A DNA stretch of 63,074 bases, counting the filler, from Sanchytrium tribonematis (taxonomy: Eukaryota): the NCBI GenBank assembly GCA_018985235.1. It is 14 parts of 14 records of this genome, joined end to end, with 100 filler letters (N's around TTAATTAATTAA, not from the genome) between each part and the next. Parts side by side here need not be neighbours in the genome. Positions count along the whole stretch, not along the records: positions 40,863 to 45,241 come from JADGIG010000727.1; positions 45,342 to 49,712 come from JADGIG010000728.1; positions 49,813 to 54,168 come from JADGIG010000729.1; 11 more parts are not named here. One strand, 5' to 3'. Below are positions 40,863-52,562 of this stretch, one piece after another (the stretch's first letter is position 1; every line of letters starts with the position of its first letter). Below the pieces are notes generated by a model. That model saw only the letters and a list, made by a program, of their open reading frames with translations, made no database searches and had not been told where the DNA came from. The position numbers and the translations under genes were made by a program.

Positions 40863-41612
40863 ATGACATCCAAGGTGCTTTCAGATACTGTAGCAAATAG
40901 TAGCAGTATTATTAGGGAGATTAAATCCTTAGATAAATTATTTAGATGTGACTATATTTGCAATTATATCGGAGTTTCTTCAATTGATGGTGATTTGGCA
41001 CTGGTGATGGAATATATTGACAATTATTCACTGTATGAGTGGCTGCACACATTTCCAAACCACATGGAAGACCCAAAATCACTCACAAATCCACAAATTA
41101 GAGAAATTCAACTTGGGATTGCCCGAGGTTTAGAGTACATGCACAATCAAAAGATTGCCCACAATGATGTTAAATCAGCCAATATCATGCTAGATAGTCA
41201 ATTTAATCCCAAATTAATTGATTTTGGAATGGTCAAAATTATTAGCACGACAACGAGATCAAGTGGAAATTCTAGCAAGAAACAACTGGGAACAGATTAT
41301 TGGAGGGCACCAGAGTATTGGAAATATAATGAAGAGGTTGCTGACACGCGTGCTAAATATCCGTATGCAGGAGATGTATTTTCATTTGGAACTGTTTTAG
41401 GGGAAATGGCAACAGGAAAAATACCATGGGAGGGACTTACAAGCAAGATAATTGAGGATTCAATTTTCAAAGGCATGCGTCCATACTACGAACATCAATT
41501 AGAATCCAGTTTATTTAAAATAATTGAAGGTGCTTGGCAGCAGGAACCGAAAGACAGATTGGGGATAAATGAGGTATTGGGGCAATTAGAGAAGATATTA
41601 AAAACCGATTAA
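40863..41612 (+). CDS. TKL-like protein kinase, 5' partial
   Basis: HNDVKSANI, DFG, GT.YWRAPE, DVFSFG. Confidence 0.9.
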   Translation: MTSKVLSDTVANSSSIIREIKSLDKLFRCDYICNYIGVSSIDGDLALVMEYIDNYSLYEWLHTFPNHMEDPKSLTNPQIREIQLGIARGLEYMHNQKIAHNDVKSANIMLDSQFNPKLIDFGMVKIISTTTRSSGNSSKKQLGTDYWRAPEYWKYNEEVADTRAKYPYAGDVFSFGTVLGEMATGKIPWEGLTSKIIEDSIFKGMRPYYEHQLESSLFKIIEGAWQQEPKDRLGINEVLGQLEKILKTD

Positions 41613-41675
41613 AATAATAAATGATGAATAAATACGACTTGATCCAATATTTTTAGTCTATTTTTTTGAAACAAA

Positions 41676-42751
41676 ATGAATTCTCATGGAATTAGTCAAT
41701 CTGCTCTTTATAGTTCTTCTAATATACTAGAATTAGAAACCAATTTTTATGATATGCAATTACCTGCATCTGTCCCAGATCAAGGTTATATAGAAATCAT
41801 CTTAAATGACTCTAAAAATGCCATTTCATCCAATTTTAAAGTCAATCAAGATGCCGCAACCATACAATTTATCCAACTACCACAAAACATGTATAGGATT
41901 GTCATAAATGAAGATCCATTAAATTTAGAGGGTACAGATGAATGGTCTATTAAATCCGTTAATGATGGATTTGTAATCATTTCAAATGCACATGGACATT
42001 GTTTAAGTGTAAATGATCATGAATTGGTGCTGTTGAAAGAGACTGATTTGAAAGTGAATCATTTATGGACGATTCTCCCATTTTCAAAATTAACTCCGGA
42101 AACCAAGCACATCAATAATAGAATGAGTATAGGATCTATATCTAATCTAATTGGTATAGATATATACAGGGCACTTTGTAAATCCATAAAAACAGTGCAT
42201 ATTGATTTATTTGAAGCTTGTTTCATGATATTACTCAATTTTGTGATTATTGAAGACATTATCCGATATATCAATTCATTGACACATTTACAAGATCATT
42301 TATTACAAATTTATCAAAATATTTCCAACAAACTCATTCAAATCTTATTAAATTACTATATTTATAAAACTTTAAATGAATCCCAAATTGTAGTCGAATT
42401 AAAACAATGCACAGATGAATTAGCTGATATTTTCATTGGAAAGTTCACAAATGACAAATTAATAGCCACTCAGTATTTTAATAAAGCAGCAAATGCGAAA
42501 ATCATGACGCATTTCAACATTTAGAAGTAGCAGCAAATATGCACTTTAGCAACGCATTTGAAGAATTGATTGAATTTCATAGATATGACGAAAAGAAAGT
42601 GTATTGGTGCTGTTTAATGGGTGCTAAATATGGGAATAAACTCAGTTTGCAAATGCTGTCAAGTCGTTATAAAGATGGATCGTCTCATTATTGTAAACAG
42701 AATGTGGATAAATCTATTGAATATAGAAAATTGGCAGAAGAATTGGGATAA
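41676..42751 (+). pseudogene. Sel1-repeat protein with beta-rich N-terminal domain; frame break near 42490 (deletion or 17-nt intron)
   Basis: C-terminal half colinear with the kinase-Sel1 paralog at 42829; continues in a second frame to KSIEYRKLAEELG*. Confidence 0.6.
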
Positions 42752-42828
42752 TTGAATAAATGTTGCAAATGGAGGAGCATCTTTTAATTTCGTAATATTT
42801 TTTGATTCTCCTTCATTCTCCTTTACAA

Positions 42829-44766
42829 ATGCAGATGGATCCAGAAGAATTGAATAATTTAGAAGTAAGAGCGGCTTTGAAATTAGGAAAGACTATAGAA
42901 TCTCCTGAGACATTACAAGATGATAAATCTGATAAATTGCAAACTGATCAATTGAAAGCTAAAATAACAGTTTTAGAGCAAGATATTGGTAATTTGGACG
43001 GCTCTGTTGAAAAACTGAACCTTGATTCTAATAATGGATCTGTATTAGAAGCCACCAAAACTGTGAATTCTCAAATTTCGACTGGGGAGAAGAAATCAGC
43101 AGGATCGCGACTCATTGACTATATAAGTGATATTCAGATTGATACAAATAGTCCACTTGGAAGCGGTGCATATGGTGCAGTCTATTTGGGAGAATCAAAT
43201 GGTGAAAAAAGAGCCATTAAAATATTCAAAGATGTGTTGTTTATTGACCCTCAATGCACACAAATTACATCAGATACCGTCTATTTCAGTCGAGAAATCA
43301 TCAAGGAATTAAGGGCATTTGAGAAATTGGCAAATTGTCCAGAAATTTGCAAATATTTTGGAGTCACATCCATTGATGGACATTTAGGTGTCATTATGGA
43401 ATATTTAGACAATTGTTCACTTCATACATGGCTCCATTTAATGCCAAAAGCTGATTTAAATCCAAAATCACTCACAAATCCACAAATTAACAAAATTCAA
43501 CTTGGGATTGCCCAAGGTTTAGAATACATGCACGACAATGAAATAGCCCATAATGATCTTAAACCAGCCAATATCATGCTAGATAATCAATTTAATCCCA
43601 AATTAATTGATTTTGGAATGGTTAAAATTATTAATTCATCCTACAAATCAGTCCACAGCTCTAAAGAATTAAAATTAGGCACAGCTAATTGGAGAGCCCC
43701 AGAGTATTGGCAATACAATGAACAATCTCATCAATATCAGAATCAATTTCCATTTGCAGGGGATGTTTTCTCCTTTGGAGTCATTTTGGGAGAAATGGCC
43801 ACCCGTCAAATTCCATGGCATCATTGCAATCATATTGGACCTCAATTGTTACAAGGCATTAGACCATATTCTGAGAATCAAATGGATCCCAATTTATTCC
43901 AAATTATTGAAAATGCATGGCAACAACATCCAAAACAAAGAAATTCAATATCCATGATTCTCAATCAATTACAATTATACCAATTTGATTCTCACACTAT
44001 CACTGATTTATACAATATCAATGGTATTCAATTATTCAGATTACTCAAGAAATCCATCCAACACGTCCAATCTGAATTATTTGAGAAATGTCTTTTAAAA
44101 TTAATCAAGTACACCACTTCAAATACAATCAAGACATATTTAAATCTATCTGATTTACGTCCACAAATGACTCTATTAGCAGCACAAATCTCTAATCCAT
44201 TCACAATTGCATTAATGAAATATTATCAAATTGGATTTCAATCCACAAACAAGGATATATTCGAGTCATTTACTACATGTCAAGATAATTTATCACTTGT
44301 ATTTATTGGATTATGCCATAAAAATGGACGTGGCACTGTCAAGAACCCATTAAAAGCATTTGAAATGTATCAAAAAGCATCCGATTTAAATATACCAGCG
44401 GGTCATTATCACATGGGTTGGTGCTATAAAAAAGGTACTGGATGTGATCAAAAGGATGAAATGGCATTAAAATACTTTAAAATGGCTGCATTATCTCATT
44501 TTAGCAGTGCGTATTTGAAAATTGGATATTTTTATGGAAATGGGATTTATGTGGATTTAGATTATGAAAAAGCATTTTATTATTATGAATTGAGTGCAAC
44601 TTATGGCAATTCACAAGCGTATAACAATTTGGGAACTTATTATAGATATGGAAAAGGATGTGAAAAGAATATTGGGAAATCTATTGAAAATTATAAAGTG
44701 GCAATAGAATTGGGATATGAAAAAGCACAAATACGACTAGATGAATTATGTGCAACAATAAAATAA
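42829..44766 (+). CDS. TKL kinase with C-terminal Sel1-like repeats
   Basis: LGSGAYGAVY, AIK, HNDLKPANI, DFG, APE; repeats such as AYNNLGTYYRYGKGCEKNIGKSIENY. Confidence 0.92.
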   Translation: MQMDPEELNNLEVRAALKLGKTIESPETLQDDKSDKLQTDQLKAKITVLEQDIGNLDGSVEKLNLDSNNGSVLEATKTVNSQISTGEKKSAGSRLIDYISDIQIDTNSPLGSGAYGAVYLGESNGEKRAIKIFKDVLFIDPQCTQITSDTVYFSREIIKELRAFEKLANCPEICKYFGVTSIDGHLGVIMEYLDNCSLHTWLHLMPKADLNPKSLTNPQINKIQLGIAQGLEYMHDNEIAHNDLKPANIMLDNQFNPKLIDFGMVKIINSSYKSVHSSKELKLGTANWRAPEYWQYNEQSHQYQNQFPFAGDVFSFGVILGEMATRQIPWHHCNHIGPQLLQGIRPYSENQMDPNLFQIIENAWQQHPKQRNSISMILNQLQLYQFDSHTITDLYNINGIQLFRLLKKSIQHVQSELFEKCLLKLIKYTTSNTIKTYLNLSDLRPQMTLLAAQISNPFTIALMKYYQIGFQSTNKDIFESFTTCQDNLSLVFIGLCHKNGRGTVKNPLKAFEMYQKASDLNIPAGHYHMGWCYKKGTGCDQKDEMALKYFKMAALSHFSSAYLKIGYFYGNGIYVDLDYEKAFYYYELSATYGNSQAYNNLGTYYRYGKGCEKNIGKSIENYKVAIELGYEKAQIRLDELCATIK

Positions 44767-44827
44767 TCAATTTGATGTAAAAACTTTGAAAATTGGTAAG
44801 ATTCGCGAAATAGAAAAAAGAATAATT

Positions 44828-45210
44828 TTATAGCTCCTTCAAATATCTGATATACCAATTTGACGCATCCAGAGCTCTCCTTGAGACCTCTTTTAAATCT
44901 CGATTATTGATGTCTTCACGTAAATAAATTGAGTGATTTTCCATTATATTGCAGAAACTTAGTAATCTTTCGAGTTCAAAATCAGATTGTTCACCAATCA
45001 GTTGTGTCAAGAGATTACGCCCTGCAACGCCTGCAATTGGAGTAACAATTGTACCTACTGCGACTAGAACGCAAACACCACCCACCATTCCATAACCACC
45101 CGAAGACTTTGAACCAAATCCTAAGGCTGCTAAAGTTGCTGCCACTTGAGCAGCCCCTTTCAATGCATTTATTGGTTTGCCCGAGTCTTTTACTGTGCCA
45201 TATTCTTTAG
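44828..45210 (-). CDS. 3' part of a hypothetical protein with Gly/Ala-rich hydrophobic segment
   Basis: Open frame; the contig end is chimeric. Confidence 0.4.
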
Positions 45211-45341
45211 CACCATGGTGGGTGGTGTTTGCGTTCTAGTCNNNNNNNNNNNNNNNNNNNNNNNNNNNNNNNNNNNNNNNNNNNNTTAATTAATTAANNN
45301 NNNNNNNNNNNNNNNNNNNNNNNNNNNNNNNNNNNNNNNNN

Positions 45342-45743
45342 CTTTCAAAATCAATGGATTTATTTGATATAAGTAGTATATATCACCCAAATGAATACAT
45401 AAGAGAACGACTTGTAAGGCCAGATCCTTCCGTTCCTCCATTACAAGAATTTTGTCCTTCTTATTTAGAAAGACGTGACAATACTTTCATATACGGCGAG
45501 ACCGACCATATAGTTCAGTCTTTGAAATTTGTTAATCAGCCCATATTGATCATGGGTGTTAAAACTGATATTTTGTTTCCCATTGAACAACAGCGAGAAC
45601 TTGCTGACAAATTAAAAAAAAGTGGCAATAATCATGTGACATTTTATGAGATTGATTCAATCTATGGTCATGATACCTTCTTACTTGATCTAACATCAAT
45701 GGGTGCTGCTATCAAGGGATTTTTAGAAACTAGAGTTGACTAA
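45342..45743 (+). CDS. Homoserine/serine O-acyltransferase (MetX/Cys2 family) C-terminus, 5' truncated
   Basis: SMDLFD, GV.TDILFP..QQRELA, DSIYGHDTFLLD. Confidence 0.88.
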   Translation, partial: LSKSMDLFDISSIYHPNEYIRERLVRPDPSVPPLQEFCPSYLERRDNTFIYGETDHIVQSLKFVNQPILIMGVKTDILFPIEQQRELADKLKKSGNNHVTFYEIDSIYGHDTFLLDLTSMGAAIKGFLETRVD

Positions 45744-45752
45744 AAGTAAAAT

Positions 45753-46025
45753 TTATTCTTCAAGTTCATCACTTTCATAGTTGGCAATTACATCGATCCC
45801 ATTCATCGTTTTAATTTTTGTGATATCTGCTCCTTCTAGATTAAAAGTGACACTACCCAGCACTTGTTTTATGTCGGTAACTTTCGCCTTGTTATCTGCT
45901 TCTATAGTATTGATTAAATTGCGAATTTCTTGCTGAGGGTATCTACTATTCAAAATTATCATCCATTTATCGCCTAAATTCTCCTCCACATAAGGAATTT
46001 GCTTCGGAAGCTCATCTTTGTCCAT
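45753..46025 (-). CDS. Small protein, peptidase inhibitor I9-like
   Basis: 90 aa; beta-alpha-beta-beta-alpha-beta pattern KWMIIL...IK.MNGI.VI. Confidence 0.45.
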   Translation of the reverse strand: MDKDELPKQIPYVEENLGDKWMIILNSRYPQQEIRNLINTIEADNKAKVTDIKQVLGSVTFNLEGADITKIKTMNGIDVIANYESDELEE

Positions 46026-46090
46026 GTGTCAAATTCTCCTTTTGTTAAATTTTTTGCAACCACTTTTTGTAACACAGGAGTTGGGTATCC

Positions 46091-47422
46091 ATGACAGAAC
46101 CTAATAATGTGATTGAGCCTGTGAACGACCCATTACCGCAGCAGACCTCTTCCCAAACTCTGCCTTTCATAAATGTGGCGCCTACTATCTCAGAGCAAAT
46201 GAATCAAGTTACGCGAAATGAGAATGATGATTTGGTGAATCAATTAAACATGACACAACAACCTGCGATTAATGCCATAATGATGCCTGCGACGGAAGGA
46301 AATCCAAATCAAAATGTCATACAGATTCAACAGCCAATTCCCCATGAAATGATGGCTGCGATCCCTTTGCAAAATACTCAAGGAATTCCAATCTCTTTTA
46401 CACAAGCTATGGAACCCCAGCAATGTGTGCCCGTACCTGTAATGGTGTCTAATGTTCCTGCCCCGATTGCTGTGGTAGATAATACCCAATATAATCAACC
46501 AATTATGATAAATTCTGGAGCTCCAATTCAATATGTTCAGCCGCAGCTAGTTCAGATGATTCCGGCTCAAAATATACAGCACGGAGTACCAGTTAGTACA
46601 AATATGCAGCAAAGTGTTCCAATGGGGTATCAGGTGACAGATAATTATGTTCAACAGCAACATCACTTATACAATCAATTAACTGACCCTCAAAATTTTT
46701 CCGAAACTCCAATCCCGATTAATTCCACCATAATAATGACTCCAATTGAATCCAATAATGCCTCACCAGTAAACAAAATATCCCCACAAGAGGAAACGCC
46801 TATAGAGTTAGAAAATAGAACCGTCAATGAGTGTTCCAAAAGAATAGAATTCCTACCAATGAAAAATGCACTTGACAGCATAAATAACACCACCACTGAT
46901 TATTCAGAAACCACAGATGGAGACTCATGTAGTGCTTATTCTGATAATTTTATTTTAGAATCATTTACACATCCCAGCAAGTTTTCTCAGCATAATTTTC
47001 CAACACTTCCAAATAGCGAAGCCAGTATAAACAAATCTTCATTACGAAATGAAGTTAAGAAAGTCAAATCAAATGACCACTGCTGCCCTATTTGTGAAAA
47101 ATGTTTTTCGAGGAAAAGTGATATTAACCGTCACTTGAAGACTCACTCTGGCGTAAAGCCATTTAAGTGCAAATATTGCAGCAAATCTTTTGCTCAAAAA
47201 AGTGGTTTGACAGTACATACCAGAACTCATACTGGTGAAAAGCCATATGCATGCTCATATTGCGGTATACGCTTTGGGGATGTTTCCGCTGCAAAAAAAC
47301 ACGAGCAAAGCACTCATGAAATGAAACGTCATTTATGTCCTGTTAAAGGTTGTGATAAATCCTTTACTCGTAAAAATGCTGTTAATAGACATTTAAAACA
47401 GCATGGATTCGTTTATGAATAA
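46091..47422 (+). CDS. C2H2 zinc-finger transcription factor (4 fingers, Q/P-rich N-terminus)
   Basis: CPIC..F.RKSD..RH..TH-SGVKPF, HTGEKPY linkers. Confidence 0.93.
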   Translation: MTEPNNVIEPVNDPLPQQTSSQTLPFINVAPTISEQMNQVTRNENDDLVNQLNMTQQPAINAIMMPATEGNPNQNVIQIQQPIPHEMMAAIPLQNTQGIPISFTQAMEPQQCVPVPVMVSNVPAPIAVVDNTQYNQPIMINSGAPIQYVQPQLVQMIPAQNIQHGVPVSTNMQQSVPMGYQVTDNYVQQQHHLYNQLTDPQNFSETPIPINSTIIMTPIESNNASPVNKISPQEETPIELENRTVNECSKRIEFLPMKNALDSINNTTTDYSETTDGDSCSAYSDNFILESFTHPSKFSQHNFPTLPNSEASINKSSLRNEVKKVKSNDHCCPICEKCFSRKSDINRHLKTHSGVKPFKCKYCSKSFAQKSGLTVHTRTHTGEKPYACSYCGIRFGDVSAAKKHEQSTHEMKRHLCPVKGCDKSFTRKNAVNRHLKQHGFVYE

Positions 47423-47512
47423 ATACATATAGATTTTTTAAATTTGGCTGTTGAATTATTCGCAATGAACATTTTATTGTTTTAATTTAAAAATTTAATA
47501 TTTTTTGAGGCA

Positions 47513-49712
47513 ATGCAATCTGTGCAAAATTTGTATCAGGGCATTTCTTTTCTTCATGCACAGATAACACACCTAAAAGACAAGAATATTCCGAAGAAAG
47601 ATTTGCAACATATTCTCAAAGATCATTATGAAATACTGTCAAAATATTTAATTTTATTTAGAACTTACGAAAAGTACAAAAACATTATTGTTGGTGGCAA
47701 CGCCTATATTGGATGGGTTCTAAATCAGCAATATGCAATGCTTAGAACACTTCCAGACTACATAGACGTTTTTTCAGTCCAAGAGATGTATAATAATCCA
47801 CATCTTCCCATTCATTGGCCTGTCGAGAAAGAGGATAGCATTTTTCATTTTAAAAATGTAGATTTGTACTCGCACCTTAAATTGCTTTCTGAATACTATA
47901 TTCAAATTGATCATCATGTGCAATATAGACCTAAATTTCCAGATATTTTTGAATTTGAGAGGGAACAATTTTATGCGGCTTCTTTCAAATTTGATACTGT
48001 TTTGGGTTGTTGGAAATTGATTAACATGGATTTTTTTGACGGTATAGAAGTTGATGTCGAGAAATTGCAATTAAATTTGTTTCAATTACCACCTTGTCCG
48101 ATACCGATGTTTTTGGCAAATTACGATAGATATTTGTATAAACAAAGTGTTGAAAGAAAGTTTAATAGGCTTTATACTGATGCTATTCGATGGACTAGAC
48201 AATTTCAACACAAACTAATCAGACTTGAAAATAATGTTTTCAGGATTGCTTTGTTTCCAGATTCTACCCTAATTCAGGAGACAAATTTTGTTACAATAGA
48301 CTTTTCTTTTGATTATGTCACTCAGCAGAAAAGTCTACCAAATTGGCTTGCAGAGAAACTACAATTAAAAGATAAGGACGAGGACACTTTTAGTTCAGGA
48401 AAGAAAAAGAGAAGGAAATCCAAAAAGGATTCGGTAAACGATGAAGATTTTTTTGAGATAAGTAGGGATACTCCAATCTTATCATTGGAAATTAAAGCTT
48501 CTAAGTTTGTATTAGAAAACTCATCCCATTTTAATATTTTTAATTGGTTAAGCGAAGGGTCAACCATAACATTTACTACACTATCTGACTCCATTTATAC
48601 AGAAAGTAGCATTGGCATCCCTTTTTTCAGTATACAAAAATCATTTTCGGATCTATTTCCTATTTTAGAAAAGATCTCGAGCGGAATCTTAAATTTTCCT
48701 AAATTTAAAGCATTGAGCCAAAGCGGAATGATCAAAATAGATTCAGAACCTGTTCCTATAGTTGATATTTACTCTCACGAAATTGTTAAAATGAAATACA
48801 ATAGTACCAAATTCTCCGGCACGGTTTCAAGTCAATTTAAATTATTAATTAAGGATTGTAATCCTGAAGTACTATTTATGAGTCCAGAGACTCTGGTAGT
48901 CTTGTTATTGGACAAAATATATATACTTAAATGCGTTTATGGCCAGTTGCTTCATTATTACAAATTTCAGGGGCCTACTTTGAATTTACATTCCGTAATA
49001 CTAGAAGTAATTTTGACGGATTTACACCAGAAAGCTTCATATTATCGCACACCTTGTATTCGAAGAAGTAGAATCGAAAGCTTCTGCAGACAAAATTGTG
49101 TCTCCCTACTTCACAAGCTTAAAAATTTCGATACAATAGAACTTTACCCGTATTTTACAAAATCAGGCATATTGATGTACCACTTAGTTACCGTTCCAAC
49201 GATAAGCTCCTCGGATACTCTAAAATGCAACATTCAAGATGCATCACGATATTTTCAATCACTGAATCTTTTTCTCCTTCTCTTGGATAATAATTTTGAA
49301 TTTTATTCAGCACAATCACTTAGGATTGTTACAAATTTAAACTTGTATCCTTACATAACTTATTCAATCTTTGATAAAGTTTGGGTTGTGATAAGAATGA
49401 CTTACAATCGAAGAAATCGTTCATTTGAATCGGACGTCGAAATCAAGCACAATCTTTCTTACAACCTTGAAAAATGGGAAAAAATTTTAACTGAAAAATT
49501 GCGAGCCACAAATAATATTGAAAAACTTGTTTTGCTTGTGACTTGTACTTTTATATTGTTAAAAATCACGGAGGACTGGGAATCATCCTTAACTTGTTTG
49601 TCCTTGACAGAATGGAGATTAAAATATGGTGCTGTCTCAATAGATTTTATGTTTTTCTACGGAAAAAAAGAATTTTTAGTCAAAAATATATTGCCCCTGA
49701 AATCTACAACTG
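47513..49712 (+). CDS. Large protein, possibly divergent Mediator subunit MED14; 3' truncated
   Basis: More than 730 codons open; QFYAASF...W.LI...F and the following helical pattern resemble the Med14 N-terminus. Confidence 0.45.
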
Positions 49713-49812
49713 NNNNNNNNNNNNNNNNNNNNNNNNNNNNNNNNNNNNNNNNNNNNTTAATTAATTAANNNNNNNNNNNNNNNNNNNNNNNNNNNNNNNN
49801 NNNNNNNNNNNN

Positions 49813-50569
49813 CTCTGAAAATAATGACATAATGCCACTTTTGGATAGTGCAATATTAGCCAGTACTGATACCGCAATCAGACAAAGAATGACTCTTCTT
49901 CGCAATCCGGGTGAAGACATCCACTTAACTGATGACATCCTCAACATTGTTGGTAAATATGAACGGTCTTGTAATGAGTATCAGATTAATAGCTCTGCTT
50001 TATATGGGAAAGTCAGTCTTATAAAGCATTCATGTATTCCTAATACAGTCTCGTTTTGTATAGGTGATTTTATATTCATCAGAGCGGGAAAAGATTTGAA
50101 AGCGGATGAAGAACTTAACATATCTTACATTAGTCCACTTGCACCATATTGGTATCGAAAACAGGTACTAGGGTCATTAGGAGTCAATTGCCGGTGCAAG
50201 CTGTGTGTCTTTGATTCCAAATTATCAAAATTGCTGCCTGAAATCGAAATAATTAGGGACAAGACCTCATCATATAACAAGAAGCTTTTGCTTGACTACA
50301 TTCCCAAAATGGAGTCTTTTCCATATTCTGAGGCTAGAAATCTTAGACTTGGGTCGTTGTACATGGCTCTGTTAGAATATCGTAATGAGTTATCATCTGA
50401 TATGCTTCAACAAGCATTAAAGTGCTTTAGGCCCTCGGAAAAACGATTACTGAGTCTGATATGGTATGACATACTCTTGTGTAGACACAATGAACTACAA
50501 GCAACTAAAATAGAATGGACAAATCAATTTTATCAAAATGGTTTCAACTTGGAGGCACTTGTACAATAG
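49813..50569 (+). CDS. SET-domain (SMYD-like) protein, 5' partial
   Basis: SLIKHSCIPN, EELNISY, post-SET CRCKLC. Confidence 0.82.
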
Positions 50570-50627
50570 TTTGACATTTTTAATATTTGGAAAGCAACTG
50601 AAAAAGGACCTTGAAGTAAAAAATTTG

Positions 50628-52562
50628 TTACCATTTGGAAGCGTTTTGCATTTCAGATCTTCCAATGTTGGTCACAGCCACTGTTTCTTCAATCAAATCT
50701 TGATCAAGTGGCTCTTTTGAGTCCATAGCCAATGCAACTGCTAGTCGAACAGCATTTTTAATTTGTCGTCCATTCAACGGGTATTCTCCCAACTTCTCAT
50801 AATTCAATTCTTTTACCTCACAATTGACACGAGCAGTCATGTTTTTCCAAACTTGACTTCTTGCTTGAGGTGTCAATGAGGTATATTTTAAAGCAACGGT
50901 GACTCTACTCTCTAAAGCAGGATCAAATTCTGTCACTCTGTTGGTGGTCAAAAATAATATACCAGGATGATATTCCAATAATCTCAACATAACACAAGTC
51001 ATGGCATTTTTCAAAATATCATTGGAATCTCTTTTTTCCAAAAACACATCGGCTTCATCAATTAATGTTAGAGCATTCCAACCGGAACATAATTCCAATA
51101 TTTCAGCCAATCTTTGTTCCATAGTGGTTGGATCAGTTCCAAGCTCTCCCATAGTGACATAATAGAGAGGCTTATGCAAAACTTCAGCAATAGCTTCAGC
51201 GGTTAATGTTTTACCAACACCAGCTGGCCCATGTAGTAAAAATATGGAACCACCGCTTTTACCTTCAATGATATCCTGGACTTGATCGCCTCCAAATCTT
51301 ACCAATGCGCGAATTAATCTTTTTCGTTTTGGATCCAAAACCAACTCATTAAAAGCCGAATCATTAAATTTAATTGGTTTTAATCCTTGGACTAAAACGT
51401 GACACCAATTTTTGGATTGAAAACTGAATCCGACGAGAGCTGGCCAAGTAACACCAAGTAATTCTTTTGGCACGGAACTCAAAATGAAAATACTATCAGG
51501 ATTGCTGCTAGATTCACCTAATGATTTTTGCTCATTTTTATATCTCTTATATCTTCCAGTAATCTCAATTAATGCATGTGTGGCATCATCCATTCCTTGA
51601 GATGCATGGTGGCCTAAAGCAGCACCTCTGACAACATCAATCATAATTCTACCAGGTGTTTGGACGATGTTTGGCTTACTTTGATTTTTAGCATGTGAGT
51701 GCAAAAAGACACAACCAGCATCGTGTTGAAGGTACTTGGATTCACCTTGTCCCAATGCCACGTATTTTTCACCACTTTGTACAAATCTTTTCAAAATAGC
51801 TTCATCTACTGGCGCATAAAACATTTCATTTATCTTTCTGTTTGCTTCTCCCATCCATCTGGAAAGAACGACTTCGAATTGCACCACAGTAAAATCTGCC
51901 CCTAGTGTTACAACGTACTGCAATTCCAAATGAAAACTTTGCTCAAATCCAAATAAAGATTTGCGTTCTTGGAAATAGGATTGAACTACTCTAAATCCTG
52001 CAGGGACTCCAAGTGAAGTAATGCCACGTACAATCAATCCTGGTTTATATAACTCAGACAAAGCATCAAAAACAATTGCGTTGTCTTTGATAATTTGAGC
52101 ATAATATTCCAATTGTGACTTGTGGACATTTCTGATTTCTGCTTTAAGCTCATCTAAACCCGGGACAGCTAATGGCGTATTTGGTAATTTGATCTGAAAC
52201 CCTAAACCACTCAAGCCTTGGACAACTTGAAATTTGATGTATCTGTTAAAATAGATATCATCCTCAGGCACTTTTTGCTCAATCCCCTTATTATATTCAT
52301 TAATCATGTAAGTCAACCAGTCTAAGCGACCAAGAATGTAAAATAAAAACTTGGATTGAATTTGACTAGCCTGCTTCATGCTTGTAAAAGAACGGACAAT
52401 GGATCTCAAGGGAAAGTGATTAGGCGTCTCACATGGAACATCAGGGAAAACAAAAATTGACTCTGAGTCATTCTTCTCAACTTTAAAATACTTTGACATA
52501 TGTTTTAGGGAGATAGGCGATAATTCGTTTAAATGTTGGAAAACGTTATAAACTCGTGACAT
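50628..52562 (-). CDS. Fungal-type single-domain AAA+ ATPase (start 52562 or 52499)
   Basis: LLHGPAGVGKTLTAE, LIDEADVFL, FLTTNRV..FDPA..SR, LNGRQIKN. Confidence 0.92.
   Translation of the reverse strand: MSRVYNVFQHLNELSPISLKHMSKYFKVEKNDSESIFVFPDVPCETPNHFPLRSIVRSFTSMKQASQIQSKFLFYILGRLDWLTYMINEYNKGIEQKVPEDDIYFNRYIKFQVVQGLSGLGFQIKLPNTPLAVPGLDELKAEIRNVHKSQLEYYAQIIKDNAIVFDALSELYKPGLIVRGITSLGVPAGFRVVQSYFQERKSLFGFEQSFHLELQYVVTLGADFTVVQFEVVLSRWMGEANRKINEMFYAPVDEAILKRFVQSGEKYVALGQGESKYLQHDAGCVFLHSHAKNQSKPNIVQTPGRIMIDVVRGAALGHHASQGMDDATHALIEITGRYKRYKNEQKSLGESSSNPDSIFILSSVPKELLGVTWPALVGFSFQSKNWCHVLVQGLKPIKFNDSAFNELVLDPKRKRLIRALVRFGGDQVQDIIEGKSGGSIFLLHGPAGVGKTLTAEAIAEVLHKPLYYVTMGELGTDPTTMEQRLAEILELCSGWNALTLIDEADVFLEKRDSNDILKNAMTCVMLRLLEYHPGILFLTTNRVTEFDPALESRVTVALKYTSLTPQARSQVWKNMTARVNCEVKELNYEKLGEYPLNGRQIKNAVRLAVALAMDSKEPLDQDLIEETVAVTNIGRSEMQNASKW

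Noticed and set aside
45062..45241. 27-bp perfect inverted repeat (45062-45088 vs 45215-45241)
   Set aside because: An identical copy running to the contig end and interrupting an ORF is typical of an amplification or library fold-back chimera.
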